Part shown: positions 11,469-22,901 of the stretch, in pieces
Layout: each line of letters starts with the position of its first letter
Position numbering within the stretch: the stretch's first letter is position 1
NCBI GenBank assembly: GCA_964016885.1
Contig: CAXHJY010001233.1
Span: forward strand, 62,001-126,000
DNA length: 64,000 nucleotides
Source of the DNA: Eledone cirrhosa
Lineage: Eukaryota
Direction: 5' to 3'
Notes under the pieces: model-generated
What the model was told of the DNA's origin: nothing
The model's input: the letters and a program-made list of their open reading frames with translations, nothing else
Database searches by the model: none
Made by a program: the position numbers and the translations under genes

Positions 11469-11685
11469 GAAGGCGTGTGGCTGAGTGGTAAGAGAATAGG
11501 ATTCGCAATCTTGAGGTTGTGATTTCGAATCCCGGACTGGGTGATGCGTTATGTCCTTGAGCAAGACACTTTATTTCACGTTGCTGCTTCTACCTGGAGT
11601 GGCGACCGATAGATAGTATTAGCAATTGGAAAGACTAATGGAAACATTGTTTCCTCGGTCCGATTTGACGAAAGTCGATCGAATG
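11469..11685 (+). mobile_element. tRNA-derived SINE, family C1, full length
   Basis: GAAGGCGTGTGGCTGAGTGGT A-box, TTTCGAATCCC B-box, core and tail shared with 1-178 and 38165-38320. Confidence 0.85.
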
Positions 11686-11732
11686 ACGATACGTACGCCT
11701 GTATGTATATGTGTCTGTGTATCTCTATGTCA

Positions 11733-11765
<33 letters not shown>

Positions 11766-11880
11766 CGGATCTAGCTGTGGAAACGGCCGGAGCTCAGCCG
11801 TCGGGGTCCTGACTATTATCCTACGTACGTCTGCGTGTATATGTCTGTGTATGCATGAGTATGTGTGTGTGTCAGTGAGT

Positions 11881-11911
<31 letters not shown>

Positions 11912-11927
11912 CACGTATGTCTGTATT

Positions 11928-12020
11928 TGTGTCAGTGTGAGTATGTGTCAGTGTGAGTATGTGTCAGTGTGAGTATGTGTCAGTGTGAGTTTGTGTCAGT
12001 GTGAGTATGTGTCAGTGAGT
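11928..12020. repeat. 16-bp tandem repeat GTGTCAGTGTGAGTAT
   Basis: About 5-6 direct copies. Confidence 0.8.
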
Positions 12021-12524
12021 TTATGCGTATCTGTGTGTGTGTATATATATGTATATAAGCCAGTGAGTGTGGTCGTGTTCACGAGATCACAGTCTTCCCT
12101 GTGAAACAAACAGGTTTATACGACCACCTAAGTCTCAGTAAAAACAACTAATATAAAACATTATATATTATATCGTATTTAAAGTTTATTTCCAACTGAA
12201 TTGTAAAAAAGCTGCAACGTTTCTCTTGGCAATTCATTCGTTAACGTCTGACTTAAGCCAGTTTAAAGACAGGCTTTTTAATCTTATATAAAACAGAAAT
12301 TGTTGTTATTTCATACAATAGAGCGATGAATTATAAAGTCGTTAGAACTTGATCTCTCTGAGTTCAAATCCCAGCGAACTCACCCTTACCGTTTATCTTT
12401 TCGGGGGTTAATAAAAAAAAAAGTACTAGTCAAATACTGAGGTCGATTCTTCCTCTAAATCTCTTTCTCGCTTCATCTCTATTATTGGAAGGAATCGGTT
12501 GTGTTTAGAGCGTACATACATACA

Positions 12525-12752
12525 TGATGATGGCTGCCCCCTCGTTATCGAGTATGGCCATTGCACGATATACCATTATTAATAATTAATTAATCCTATT
12601 TTGCAATGCCTGTGCGTGAAGATATTTTTTTAAGTGAGGAAAGACTGTGCACTGAGCCAATCCCACTCTCTGAGCGACAGTAGCTATAACCCGAAAAGAA
12701 GAAAAGATCAACATCATCGGTAACTACTGAGGTGCAATTTTTATATCAGAGT
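12525..12752 (-). mobile_element. RTE-related non-autonomous repeat fragment
   Basis: Homologous to 18118-18490 (GGCTGCC..CTCGTT.TCGAGTA.GGCCA; CAATGCCTGTGC.GTGAAG; GCCA.TCCCACTCTCT). Family assignment is from memory of RTE termini. Confidence 0.45.
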
Positions 12753-13218
12753 ACATACATACATACATACATACATACATACATACATACATACAGTAAT
12801 AATAACAACTAGGGTTTGATTTAGGCACAAAGCCAACAATTTGGGCGAGGGAAAGTCGATTAGATCAACACCAGTGCATTACTGGTACTTTATTTTATCG
12901 ACCCCATCTGATCAGAAATAATAAATTTAAACGTAGTTTTTGGAAGAGTGACATTCCAATAAATAACTACACTCCTCCAGTCCATATTGTGGTTTATATA
13001 TGGAAAAAGGTCACTGATACACTCCCCAGGTTTCTGTCTCGCTTGCTTCTTACGTTAGTCGTTGGCTATAGAAATCTTTATAGCTTGCAATTACGCAGTA
13101 GAGCAGCTATATATATATATATATATACACGTTTATATTTACATTTCATTTATTTCACAAATTAAGGAAACGAAAGTGAATAAATATAACCTATTGTGTG
13201 TGTGTGTGTGTGTGTGTG

Positions 13219-13277
<59 letters not shown>

Positions 13278-13435
13278 ATGTGTGTTTTATAAGCTAAAAT
13301 GATTTTTCCACGATATGTTTCAGTTTCAATAGCCAGTCTCACATAAACTCACTTGCCAAACAAGTACAACTGCGAAATTTCGTAAGCAATTATATAGTTT
13401 TGCTGAATAAACTGTTGTTGCTGTTGTTGTTGGAG

Positions 13436-13900
13436 GGCAGTGGGCCCGTTGTAACCGGTACAGCGTCAGTTAACATATTTTGCGGCATAGAGTTACGTCT
13501 CTTTACGTTCTGAGTTCAAATCCCGCCGAGGTTAACTTTGCTTTTCATCTTTACAGGGTCGATAAAATAAAGTACCAGTAATGTACTGAGGTCGATTTAA
13601 TCGACTTCCCTCCCCTTTCTCCCAAATTGCTGGCCTTGTGCCTAAATCAGAAACCATTATTATTATTATTATTATTATTATTAGTGCTGGGAGTAATCGG
13701 TAGAGCGTCGGTCTACATGCTTTGTGGCATAGAGTTATGGCTCTTTACGTTCTGAGTTCAAATCCTGCCTAGGTTAGCTTTGCCTTTCATCCTTACGGTG
13801 GATCAATAAAATAAAGTACCAGTAATACCCCGGGGTCGATTTAATCGACTTACCACCTTCCCAAAAAAACTTTGCTGGCCTTGTGCCTAAACCAGAAACC
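13436..13900 (+). mobile_element. Two tandem SINE family A (long variant) copies
   Basis: About 13436-13657 and 13685-13900, separated by (TTA)n. Confidence 0.85.
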
Positions 13901-14594
13901 ATTATTATTTTTATTAGTGTTGTTGTTCTTATTGTTTTACAATGAACATTTTCATGGGAATATCTATAGAGACCATTATTTCATTGCGACGGAGTCGCCA
14001 TTTACAGACTTTGCTTAACAACCGACCGAACATAAAAGAAAACAAATAATAAAAGAAAACAAATAATAAAAGAAAACATAATAAAAAAAAAACAAATACA
14101 TAAATAAATAAATCGATAAAGTATTTGAGAGAATTGTGTTTTGGATATCAGTGAAGAATTTCTAAGACTGACATAAAATAATGATTTGCTTCAACTCAAC
14201 CGTTGCCAGTCATTACGAAGTATGTGGTAAAGGAGAAAACTAATTATCTATCTACCTACCTACACATAAAACTAATGTTGTTAACGCTCGAATGAACAAC
14301 GTTAAAACCTAAACTTTTAAGTCTAAATAACTGGGTGGTGGTAGGGTAATCTTACTAGTGCAGCTGTTGTATAATAGCAATGTCCTACTTGCATGATTAG
14401 TTCACGGCTTTGTAAAAATTGTTTCTTAAAATAGGTTGGTGCTCTTAGCCGAAATACCAAATACCAACCAACCAACCTACAAGAAAGACAGGAAGACAAA
14501 CGAAAGCGGAAACATCGGAAACGAGATCTGATGAAAATCTGTAAGCAACACTGTTATATACAAAGAGAAATATATATATATATTAATATATTAC

Positions 14595-14612
14595 CCCTGA
14601 TTGAACTCGGCA

Positions 14613-14696
<84 letters not shown>

Positions 14697-14895
14697 AAAC
14701 AAAATGTGGTAAGCAACCAGGTGGACCATAACGCACCAGAGTATTCGAGTAGGTAATAGGAAAAGAGTCAGGACCCCGACGGCTGAACTCCGGCCGTTTC
14801 GACCTAGCTGTCGAAACGGCCGGAGCTCAGCCGTCGGGGTCCTGACTCTTCATATATATATATATATTACCCCCGATTGAACCCGGGACTCTTAT
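14595..14895. mobile_element. Family H5 fold-back copy between two family H3 terminal fragments in (TA)n
   Basis: TTACCCC(T/C)GATTGAAC(T/C)CGG at about 14591 and 14867 matches the H3 end (57517-57540, 63767-63791). The H5 palindrome spans about 14765-14850. Confidence 0.65.
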
Positions 14896-15624
14896 ATATA
14901 TATATATATATACATATATTATATATATATATAAAGGGTGTGGTGGTTTGGTATTAAAAGATTACACTATTTCCGTCGTAGTCGTAGTTGTTATCGCCGT
15001 CATCATCATCGCTGTCATCACTGATGTTGTTGTTGTTGTTGTCAGACGTAATTAGCCAACGACTTCAACATAACAACCACTTCTCTGGTTCCTTCTTTTA
15101 AGAGTAAATCAACTTGACAATGGGATCGCCACTTCACAAGAAATTTCAAAGATTTCACAGCCTTATCAATGTTCACCACGTACAAACACTGTGTGAAAGT
15201 GGATAAAACAAAACAACACAAAAAAAAAAAAAAAACAACACAGAAAAAAAAAACAAAAAAAAATGAACGTTGAAAAAGAAGTTTCCTTCCCGCTTTTTGA
15301 CGTCATTTTTCCTGTCAACATTTCTATATAAACCGAATGACATGAAAAGCATGTCAACTCATTTCTCCAACAAACATTATCTTTTTTCCCTTTTAACAAA
15401 GGTTACAGAGAAAACATTGCTGGTATGCACGCACAAAGAAACACTTCAACCCCCCCCCCCCCCCCCGGGCACACACACACACACACTTTAATGGACCCTA
15501 GAGTAAAGCTACCTTTGCGTGTGTAAATTAAATCCACCAGGAAATTCCAAATAAATGTGTTTCTTTTTTATAATAAAATCTCTTTATTGACACAACAACA
15601 ACAATAATAATAATAATAATAATA

Positions 15625-15830
15625 ATGATTTCATTTATTGGCCACAAGGGCCGACATATAGGGGACAATACAAAAGACTGGGACAGTGGGGTTTTACAGA
15701 AAAATCGAGTAAACAATATGAATAAACAAAGTAACAATAACAAAGTAACAATAAAGTAACAAGAAAATTACAACAAGAAAACATTCCCCAATAGGGGGGA
15801 TGACCACCTAGGGTTCGCTCAGGTACCCCA
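15625..15830 (-). mobile_element. LINE 3' UTR fragment (L1/Tx1-like) ending in (ATT)n
   Basis: Minus strand ends CCCTTGTGGCCAATAAATGAAATCATTATTATT. Second copy at 59182-59290. Confidence 0.5.
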
Positions 15831-15850
15831 AAATAATAATAATAATAACA

Positions 15851-16320
15851 ATGCCACCAAATGACACGAGTGTTGCGAGTAAAGAGGTTGAAAAGAAAAT
15901 CACCAAGTAACCCAAATTGAAAGTGGAAATGGCAAGACTGTTTGGAATGCAGGAGCGTAATGTGAAAGTGATACCAGTTGTGATCAGGAGGGCATTAAGG
16001 TCAATACCATTGAAACTCCGAGAAGGCGCATGGCTTAGTGGTTAGAGCATTGGGCTTGGGGAGGCCAGCTAAACCTGCATAGGTGTGAGTGAGCTGTCAC
16101 ACACAAACACACACACACAAAAACTCCGATGCTTTTTATAACGGCTGGGAATACCATGCAAGATTGGTGTCATACAAAAACAAAAGACATAACAACCTTG
16201 CTAGAAATTGCGCACATTTTAAAGAAAGTATTATCTTATTGAGGTCCTTGTGGCGACTTGACAGATAACTAGATACCCCGGTGCATTTCAATCTACGCTG
16301 CACGACAAAAGGAATATAAT
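15851..16320 (+). pseudogene. 3' end of an R4/Dong-clade non-LTR retrotransposon (REL endonuclease C-terminus)
   Basis: PPNDTSVASKEVEKKITK*PKLKVEMARLFGMQERNVKVIPVVIRRALRSIPLKL...LGIPCKIGVIQK...TTLLEIAHILKKVLSY* matches the R4/Dong pattern P.D..V..KE.EK..KY..L..E..RLW...V.PVVIGALG..P...QK..LL..A.IL.KVL. Preceded by (AAT)n, the known Dong target. Confidence 0.8.
16022..16120 (+). mobile_element. Internally deleted tRNA-headed SINE with (CA)n tail, nested in the R4/Dong remnant
   Basis: GAAGGCGCATGGCTTAGTGGTTAGAGCA head. 9-bp TSD AAACTCCGA at 16013-16021 and 16121-16129. Confidence 0.8.
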
Positions 16321-16712
16321 CAGTCCAACCTCAGGCGGGTCTTTGGAGAATCTCTTCTTAAATTTAGTGTTCATCGTATTTATAAGCCATTAGAATTAAA
16401 GGTCTCATTAAATTTGCAAAACAGATTTGCATAAATAACGCATTGCTGGCAGCTAATTTAATTATCTAATTATTAACACGTGTGTTGGTGTTGCAATGTA
16501 CTTTAGAGTAGATCTGCTTTTAGCAGACAGCGTATTTTTATTAAGTATTGACAAAAATATACATACGTACGCATGCGCACGAAAACACATACACACATAT
16601 ATATATATACATATATAAACAAACACACACATGAAAACAAGCCCCCCCCCCACACACACACACACACATAGCCAATGACAAATTTATACACGTTTACAAA
16701 TAATGAAATAAT

Positions 16713-16901
16713 TGTTTCTACTTTTGGCACAAGGCCAGCAATTATCCCAGTGCATTACTGGTACTTTAGTTTATCGACCCCGTAAGGATGAAAGGCAAAG
16801 TTAACCTCGGCGGGATTTGAACTCAGACCGTAAAGGGCCGTAACTATGCTGCAAAGCATGGCGTCCGACCCTCTACCGATACTGCCAACCCACCACCCTT
16901 C
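16713..16901 (-). mobile_element. SINE family A (short variant) with ~17-bp TSD
   Basis: TSD ACAAATAATGAAATAAT at 16696-16712 and 16902-16918. Confidence 0.9.
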
Positions 16902-17519
16902 ACAAATAATGAAATAATGATTACAAACATTTCTTCTCGATGATTCTTGTAGCATATAAGCTGAGTTTTTTTAATTTTTATTTTAGGACTCAACCCTTCT
17001 CTATTTCTGGGGACCCTTACGAGGTTTCGGTTATATGGAATAACAAGGAAGGATAGAACTGAGAAAAGAAGATGGAAATAAAAACAGAAAATAAGAGGGG
17101 GGGGCGAGTATTAGAGAGATAACGAGATAATTAGAGAGAAAAAAAGAAAAAGAGAGAGGGAGAAAGAGAAAGAAAGAGTGAGAGAGCAGTATATACCACA
17201 TCAAATAATACAATGTGTGTATATATATATATATATAACTCTGTTGGTGAAAAGATATTTCACACAACTTTGTTATGAAAGAATAGAATTTGTTTTGTAA
17301 ACCTAAATTCTGACAGTATAGATAAGTGTGACGAATTCATTTGGAAAAGTTTATCTCACACATGAAAATCCTGTTTGTAAACTGATTAATGCTAACTAAC
17401 CTGCCATAACCTTAACAGAGATCTCTAATGCTTGCATGTATTTCGGCGATTTCGGACCGTGCGAAAATGGTTAAACACTTGGACGAGATGGCCTGTTTTA
17501 CGTACAATCGGAATCATTC

Positions 17520-17850
17520 ATTGGTCTAGATCAGAATGGAATGGATCTCGGTCAGTTTCTACGTTGATTCTACCAGTTGTTCGATCAATGGAAACGGCTG
17601 CTAGCCATCTACAGACACGTGTATCCTCAACGTAATTCTCAGGGAGATCCAGCGTCATGCAATGTGTGACCAGACTGACAATTTGAAATACAGGTACAGT
17701 CCAACCGACGGGCTTCCAAGCAGTTTCCGTCCTCCAAATTTCATTAACAAGGACAAGGCACGTCTTGACCCGATGCAATGAGGTACATACAACTCTGCTC
17801 AAGAGGCCACCCAAAGGGAATCGAACCCGGGACCATCATTGTTAAGCTGC
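17520..17850 (-). mobile_element. SINE, family C-related, composite/degenerate
   Basis: Shares its tail with 29361-29550. GGGAATCGAACCC (reverse B-box) at about 17816. Confidence 0.6.
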
Positions 17851-18117
17851 CGTAGTCATTGATTCTTTCACCGGCAACCGCATCTCGGAGGCTGAGATCC
17901 TTCTGTGAGAACGCGGGGTCAAGGACCGAGAATAACAAATGACGGAAGCACCGGTCGTTGCTATATATATATATATATATATACATACACATACACACAC
18001 ACATATATATGGGATAACAAAATATCGTTATAGGTAATCCAGTTAGAGGTTGTGAGTACTCCGCGTCGTGGATAGTTTTAACGTACGGCTTTGTTATATA
18101 TATATATATATATATAT

Positions 18118-18735
18118 GGTGGCTGCCAACTCGTTTTCGAGTACGGCCACTACTTTATATCCATGTAGGAGAACCCCTACCGATGCGCTGAACGAGTGTG
18201 ACTTTTTAGTCCAGCCAGCGATTTGAAAACTCTGGTACAAACACTACACTTGTGACAATTATTGACATATAGTGCTGGGCCCATGGTACCATGTGATGAC
18301 AAGTGAAGAGAGATCTCCAGATATGAAGCAATGCCTGTGCCGTGAAGCTTTTATAGTGAGCAAAGGCACTGCACAAAGCCAGTCCCACTCTCTTAACCAA
18401 GATGATATTTACCAAAAAGAAGAACAAGTCAACATCATTGGATAACATCATTGGATACCATCAGGGTTGCAGGTGTTATATCAGAGTTTTCCTTCTCCCA
18501 GAATTCTGCCTTGACAAAGGCTAAGGGGTCATCTCTCCCTGTGATTTTGGATGGCCATTGACTCTTAAGAGCTCCTTTGCCCTTTGACAGGGTTTGTTTT
18601 TAGTCCTGCAGGATGTCCAAAGTCACCCTCCTCACCAAGAAACCTTGGTGGGGTTGCCAGTTTAGTCGCCAACGACCCGACCATGAGACAGATCGTACTG
18701 GGATACATGTTACCAGTAGCACCAACTGGTAACCT

Positions 18736-18740
<5 letters not shown>
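18118..18740 (-). mobile_element. RTE-related bipartite (5' UTR + 3' end) non-autonomous element, between (TA)n tracts
   Basis: About 620 bp of higher-complexity sequence with no coding capacity. Partial second copy at 12525-12752. Clade assignment is tentative. Confidence 0.45.
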
Positions 18741-18781
<41 letters not shown>

Positions 18782-18863
18782 ATCAAAAGATGGTTAAAAG
18801 AGTTCCATGTATTTTATTATGCGCATTGCTTTATTGTACTACAATAAAACTCACCTCCTACAT

Positions 18864-18895
<32 letters not shown>

Positions 18896-19189
18896 CACAC
18901 ACACATATATACACACACACATATATATATATATACGCACACACACACACATATATATATATACGCACACACACACACACATATATATATATATACACAC
19001 ACACATGTATATATATACACACACACACAAGGTTCTGTCCTCTGTATCTCAAATAAATTTGGGAGAAGTATAGAAGTGTCGGTGGTGGCAGTGTTGTTGT
19101 TGTTGCTGTTATTTATAGCTGGTGTCGAATAAACGTGGGATCAAAGACGTTCCTATATCTCTAGGGCTACGGACGACATTGATGTAAAT

Positions 19190-19820
19190 AGTGGGGGTGG
19201 TGTTGGAGATGGTGTTGTTGTTGTTGGTGGTGGAGATGGTGGTAGTGGTAGTAGTGGTGGCGGTGGTGGAGATGGTGGTGGCGGTGGTGGTGGTAGTGGT
19301 GGTGATGGTGGTGGTGTTGTTGTTGGTGGTGGTGATGGTGGTAGTGGTAGTAGTGGTGGTCGTGGTGGAGATGGTGGTGGCGGTGGCGGAGATGGTGGTG
19401 GCGGAGTTGGTGGTAGTGGTAGTAGTGGTGGTGATGGTGATGGTGTTGGTGTTGTTGTTGGTGGTGGTGGTGGAGATGGTGGAGGTGGTGGAGATGGTGG
19501 AGATGGTGGTGGTGGTGGTAGTGGTGGTAGTGGTAGTAGTGGAGATGGTGGTGGTGGTGGTTGTAATGATGATGGCGGCGATGGCAGTTGAGATGGGGGT
19601 GATGGTGGCGGCGTCGGCGGTGGAGATGGTGGTGATGGTGGAGGTGGTGGTGATGGTGGCGGTGGAGATGGTGGCGGTGGAGATGGTGGTGATGGAGATG
19701 GTGGTGATGGAGATGGTAGCGGTGGAGATGGTGGTGATGGAGATGGTGGTGATGACGGTGATGGTGGCGGTGGAGATGGTGGTGGTGAAGATGGTGGTGA
19801 TGGTCGTAGTGATGATGACT
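19190..19820. repeat. Degenerate (GGT/GAT)n trinucleotide tract
   Basis: Direct reading. Confidence 0.95.
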
Positions 19821-20192
19821 ACTAGCAATATGGCCGGAGGAGGATGAAAAAGAAGTGAGAAGGAGATAGAGAGGGGTGGGAGAAGAGTGGCAGTGTCAGA
19901 TGTCCCTGGGGGTGGGGTAGTGGTGGCGGTTTAGGGGGAGGACTTTACAAAGTGCATTAATTGGTTTTCTTTAAAGTTTCTTTATTGAAAAGATGACGAA
20001 ACAACATCGTAAAAAGAAAAAATAAACAAAAAAAAAACAAAAAACAACCCCAACCCACCCCTCCCCCCAAGGTGGTGGGGGTATTTGTTAAACATCACCT
20101 ACCCACTTGTACACTCTTTATATACAGATCTTATGATGGACATGAAACAGAAGGAAAGTACAAGTACACCAATGAGGAATAAAGTACAAAGT

Positions 20193-20800
20193 CACTCACA
20201 AGTAGAGTACAGCTACACCAGAGTCTCTCTCTCTCAAACACTCACAAGTAGAGTACAGCTACACCAGAGTCTCTCTCTCTCAAACACTCACAAGTAGAGT
20301 ACAGCTACACCAGAGTCTCTCTCTCTCAAACACTCACAAGTAGAGTACAGCTACACCAGAGTCTCTCTCTGGAACACACTCACAAGTAGAGTACAGCTAC
20401 ACCAGAGTCTCTCTCTGGAACACACTCACAAGTAGAGTACAGCTACACCAGAGTCTCTCTCTGGAACCCACTCACAAGTTGAGTACAGCTACACCAGAGT
20501 CTCTCTCTGGAACCCACTCACAAGTTGAGTACAGCTACACCAGAGTCTCTCTCTGGAACCCACTCACAAGTTGAGTACAGCTACACCAGAGTCTCTCTCT
20601 CTCAAACACTCACAAGTAGAGTACAGCTACATCAGAGTCTCTCTCTGGAACCCACTCACAAGTTGAGTACAGCTACACCAGAGTCTCTCTCTGGAACCCA
20701 CTCACAAGTTGAGTACAGCTACACCAGAGTCTCTCTCTGGAACCCACTCACAAGTTGAGTACAGCTACACCAGAGTCTCTCTCTGGAACACACTCACAAT
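20193..20800. repeat. ~46-bp minisatellite, about 13 copies
   Basis: Unit CACTCACAAGT(A/T)GAGTACAGCTACACCAGAGTCTCTCTCTGGAAC(A/C), with a variant ending CTCAAA. Confidence 0.95.
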
Positions 20801-20892
20801 AGACAATAAAATAGGTTAATTTATAAACAGATTATAGCTACGTATCTACATATATTATCTATTTAACTAGCTTTCTGTATATCTATGTATAT

Positions 20893-20939
<47 letters not shown>

Positions 20940-21353
20940 TAGATAGATATATATATATAGATATATAGATATATTATGTATGTATATCTATGTCTATATA
21001 TATTTGTATATATTATGTATGTATATCTATGTCTATCTCTATACATATATACGCATTCTAAAAGTATTAAATGTACATTTATTTCACAGATGTCGGCGCA
21101 AACTTATTTACATTTTATATTGTTATTAATATATTGTTATTATATAAAATGATTGTCAGTTTAATTAGATGACCCTGGTGTCGTGAAAACCAGTGGCTTC
21201 GCAGATGATCGACTGATAGTTCGACAATGGGTTGGCACAACTGTTCCAGTGAGCGGAGGAATCAATGTGTACGTAGGTGGGGTGAGTCACATATTATAGC
21301 CATTAGAAAAAGATGCTTCACCTTTGATGGAGGAATGACTAAAAAAGAATAAG

Positions 21354-21406
<53 letters not shown>

Positions 21407-21430
21407 GTGTGTGTGTGTGTGTGTGCGTGC

Positions 21431-21491
<61 letters not shown>

Positions 21492-21579
21492 CATGTATGT
21501 ATGTATGGGTGATTCTGTGTGTAAACGTAAGAGTGTACATTGTTTGTATAGGCATCAACAACGAACACAGTCCTGCACA

Positions 21580-22085
21580 ACGATGAAAAGATAGGCCTAT
21601 AGAAACATAAATAAGAAGAGATAGGCCTATAGAAACATGAATATGAAGATAAATGCCGATAGATATATAAATATGAAGAGAGGGGCCTATAGAAACATAA
21701 TCATGAAGATATACGCCTATAGAAACACTACTATGAAGATATAAGCCTATAGAAACACTACTATGAAGATATACGCCTATAGAAACACTACTATGAAGAT
21801 ATAAGCCTATAGAAACACTACTATGAAGATATACGCCTATAGAAACACTACTATGAAGATATAAGCCTATAGAAACACTACTATGAAGATATACGCCTAT
21901 AGAAACACTACTATGAAGATATAAGCCTATAGAAACACTACTATGAAGATATACGCCTATAGAAACACTACTATGAAGATATAAGCCTATAGAAACACTA
22001 CTATGAAGATATATGCCTATAGAAACACAAACAAAGATATAAGCCTATAGAAATACAAACATGAAGATATATGCCTATGGAAAGA
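21580..22085. repeat. 30-bp minisatellite with strict A/C alternation (60-bp higher-order unit)
   Basis: AGAAACACTACTATGAAGATATA(A/C)GCCTAT. Homogeneous core at about 21705-22025 with divergent edges. Confidence 0.95.
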
Positions 22086-22361
22086 TGGTAAATTCCTTAT
22101 AGAATATTGACAATGAGAGACTGAAGTAGATGTAGGATATCTCCCCATCTAAATGATAGGAAATGTTGAAGCAACCATTGTTCTTCTCTTTAAATGTAAT
22201 TTTCAATTGGATAAAAAGTATTTCTGTGATGTTTTAAGTAACTTCCCATGTTTCACCTCTTCAGACGGCAACAGGAAAGATTAAATACAATAAAATACAA
22301 TAAAATACAATAAAATAAAACCAAAAATAAAGCTAAGCGAAAAGAAGGCAACAGTTTATAG

Positions 22362-22607
22362 TTGAGTAGTAGTAGTAGTGGTGGTGCTGGTAGTGGTAGT
22401 GGTGGTGGTAGCAGTAGTAGTAGTAGTGGCGGTGGTGGTGGTAGTAGTAGTAGTAGTAGTGGTAGTAGTAGTAGTGGGAGTAGTAGTAGTGGTGGTGGTG
22501 GTGGTAGTGGTAGTAGTAGCGATGGTGGTAGTAGTAGTGGTAGCGGTAGTAGTAGTAGTAGAGGTGGTGGTAGTAGTGGTAGTAGTAGAGGTAGTAGTAG
22601 TGGTAGT
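22362..22607. repeat. (GTA/GTG)n tract
   Basis: Direct reading. Confidence 0.95.
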
Positions 22608-22901
22608 TTACCGTGGTTGGCCACCCGGAGTGATCAATCAGCAGCGACGTCTGTTGGGATTTGGACTCAGAACGTAAAGGGCCATGACTCTATGCTGCAA
22701 AGCATGTCAATCCACCGACCAAATAATAATAAAAAAATAACGAGAACAAGAAGAAGAAAAAGGAGGAGGAGGCAGATGAAGGGGAGGAGGAGGCAGATGA
22801 AGGGGAGGAGGAGGAAGAGGAAGGGGAGGAAGAAGAGGAAAAACAACAGCAGCAACAATAGCAACAACAACGAAGTAGGTAAGTTATTTGGAGGGTAAAA
22901 C

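Noticed and set aside
11469-11545. tRNA genes at SINE heads (also 9168, 29615-29689, 55159)
   Set aside because: A/B boxes run into SINE or MITE bodies, with no intact acceptor stem.
19109-19847. Thr-rich mucin-like / Val-rich ORFs (also 22253-22898, 31479-32244, 37122-37807, 39834-40316)
   Set aside because: Translations of trinucleotide microsatellites with no splice or domain support.
21705-22025. 30-bp unit as a tandem minimal hammerhead (ATGAAGA-TATA..TATA-GAAA-CAC-TA)
   Set aside because: Core C3 is A and there is no stem I pairing. The resemblance is probably coincidental.
22235-22268. Minus-strand CTGAAGA-GGT-GAAA-CATG
   Set aside because: No UH cleavage site or stem I partner follows.
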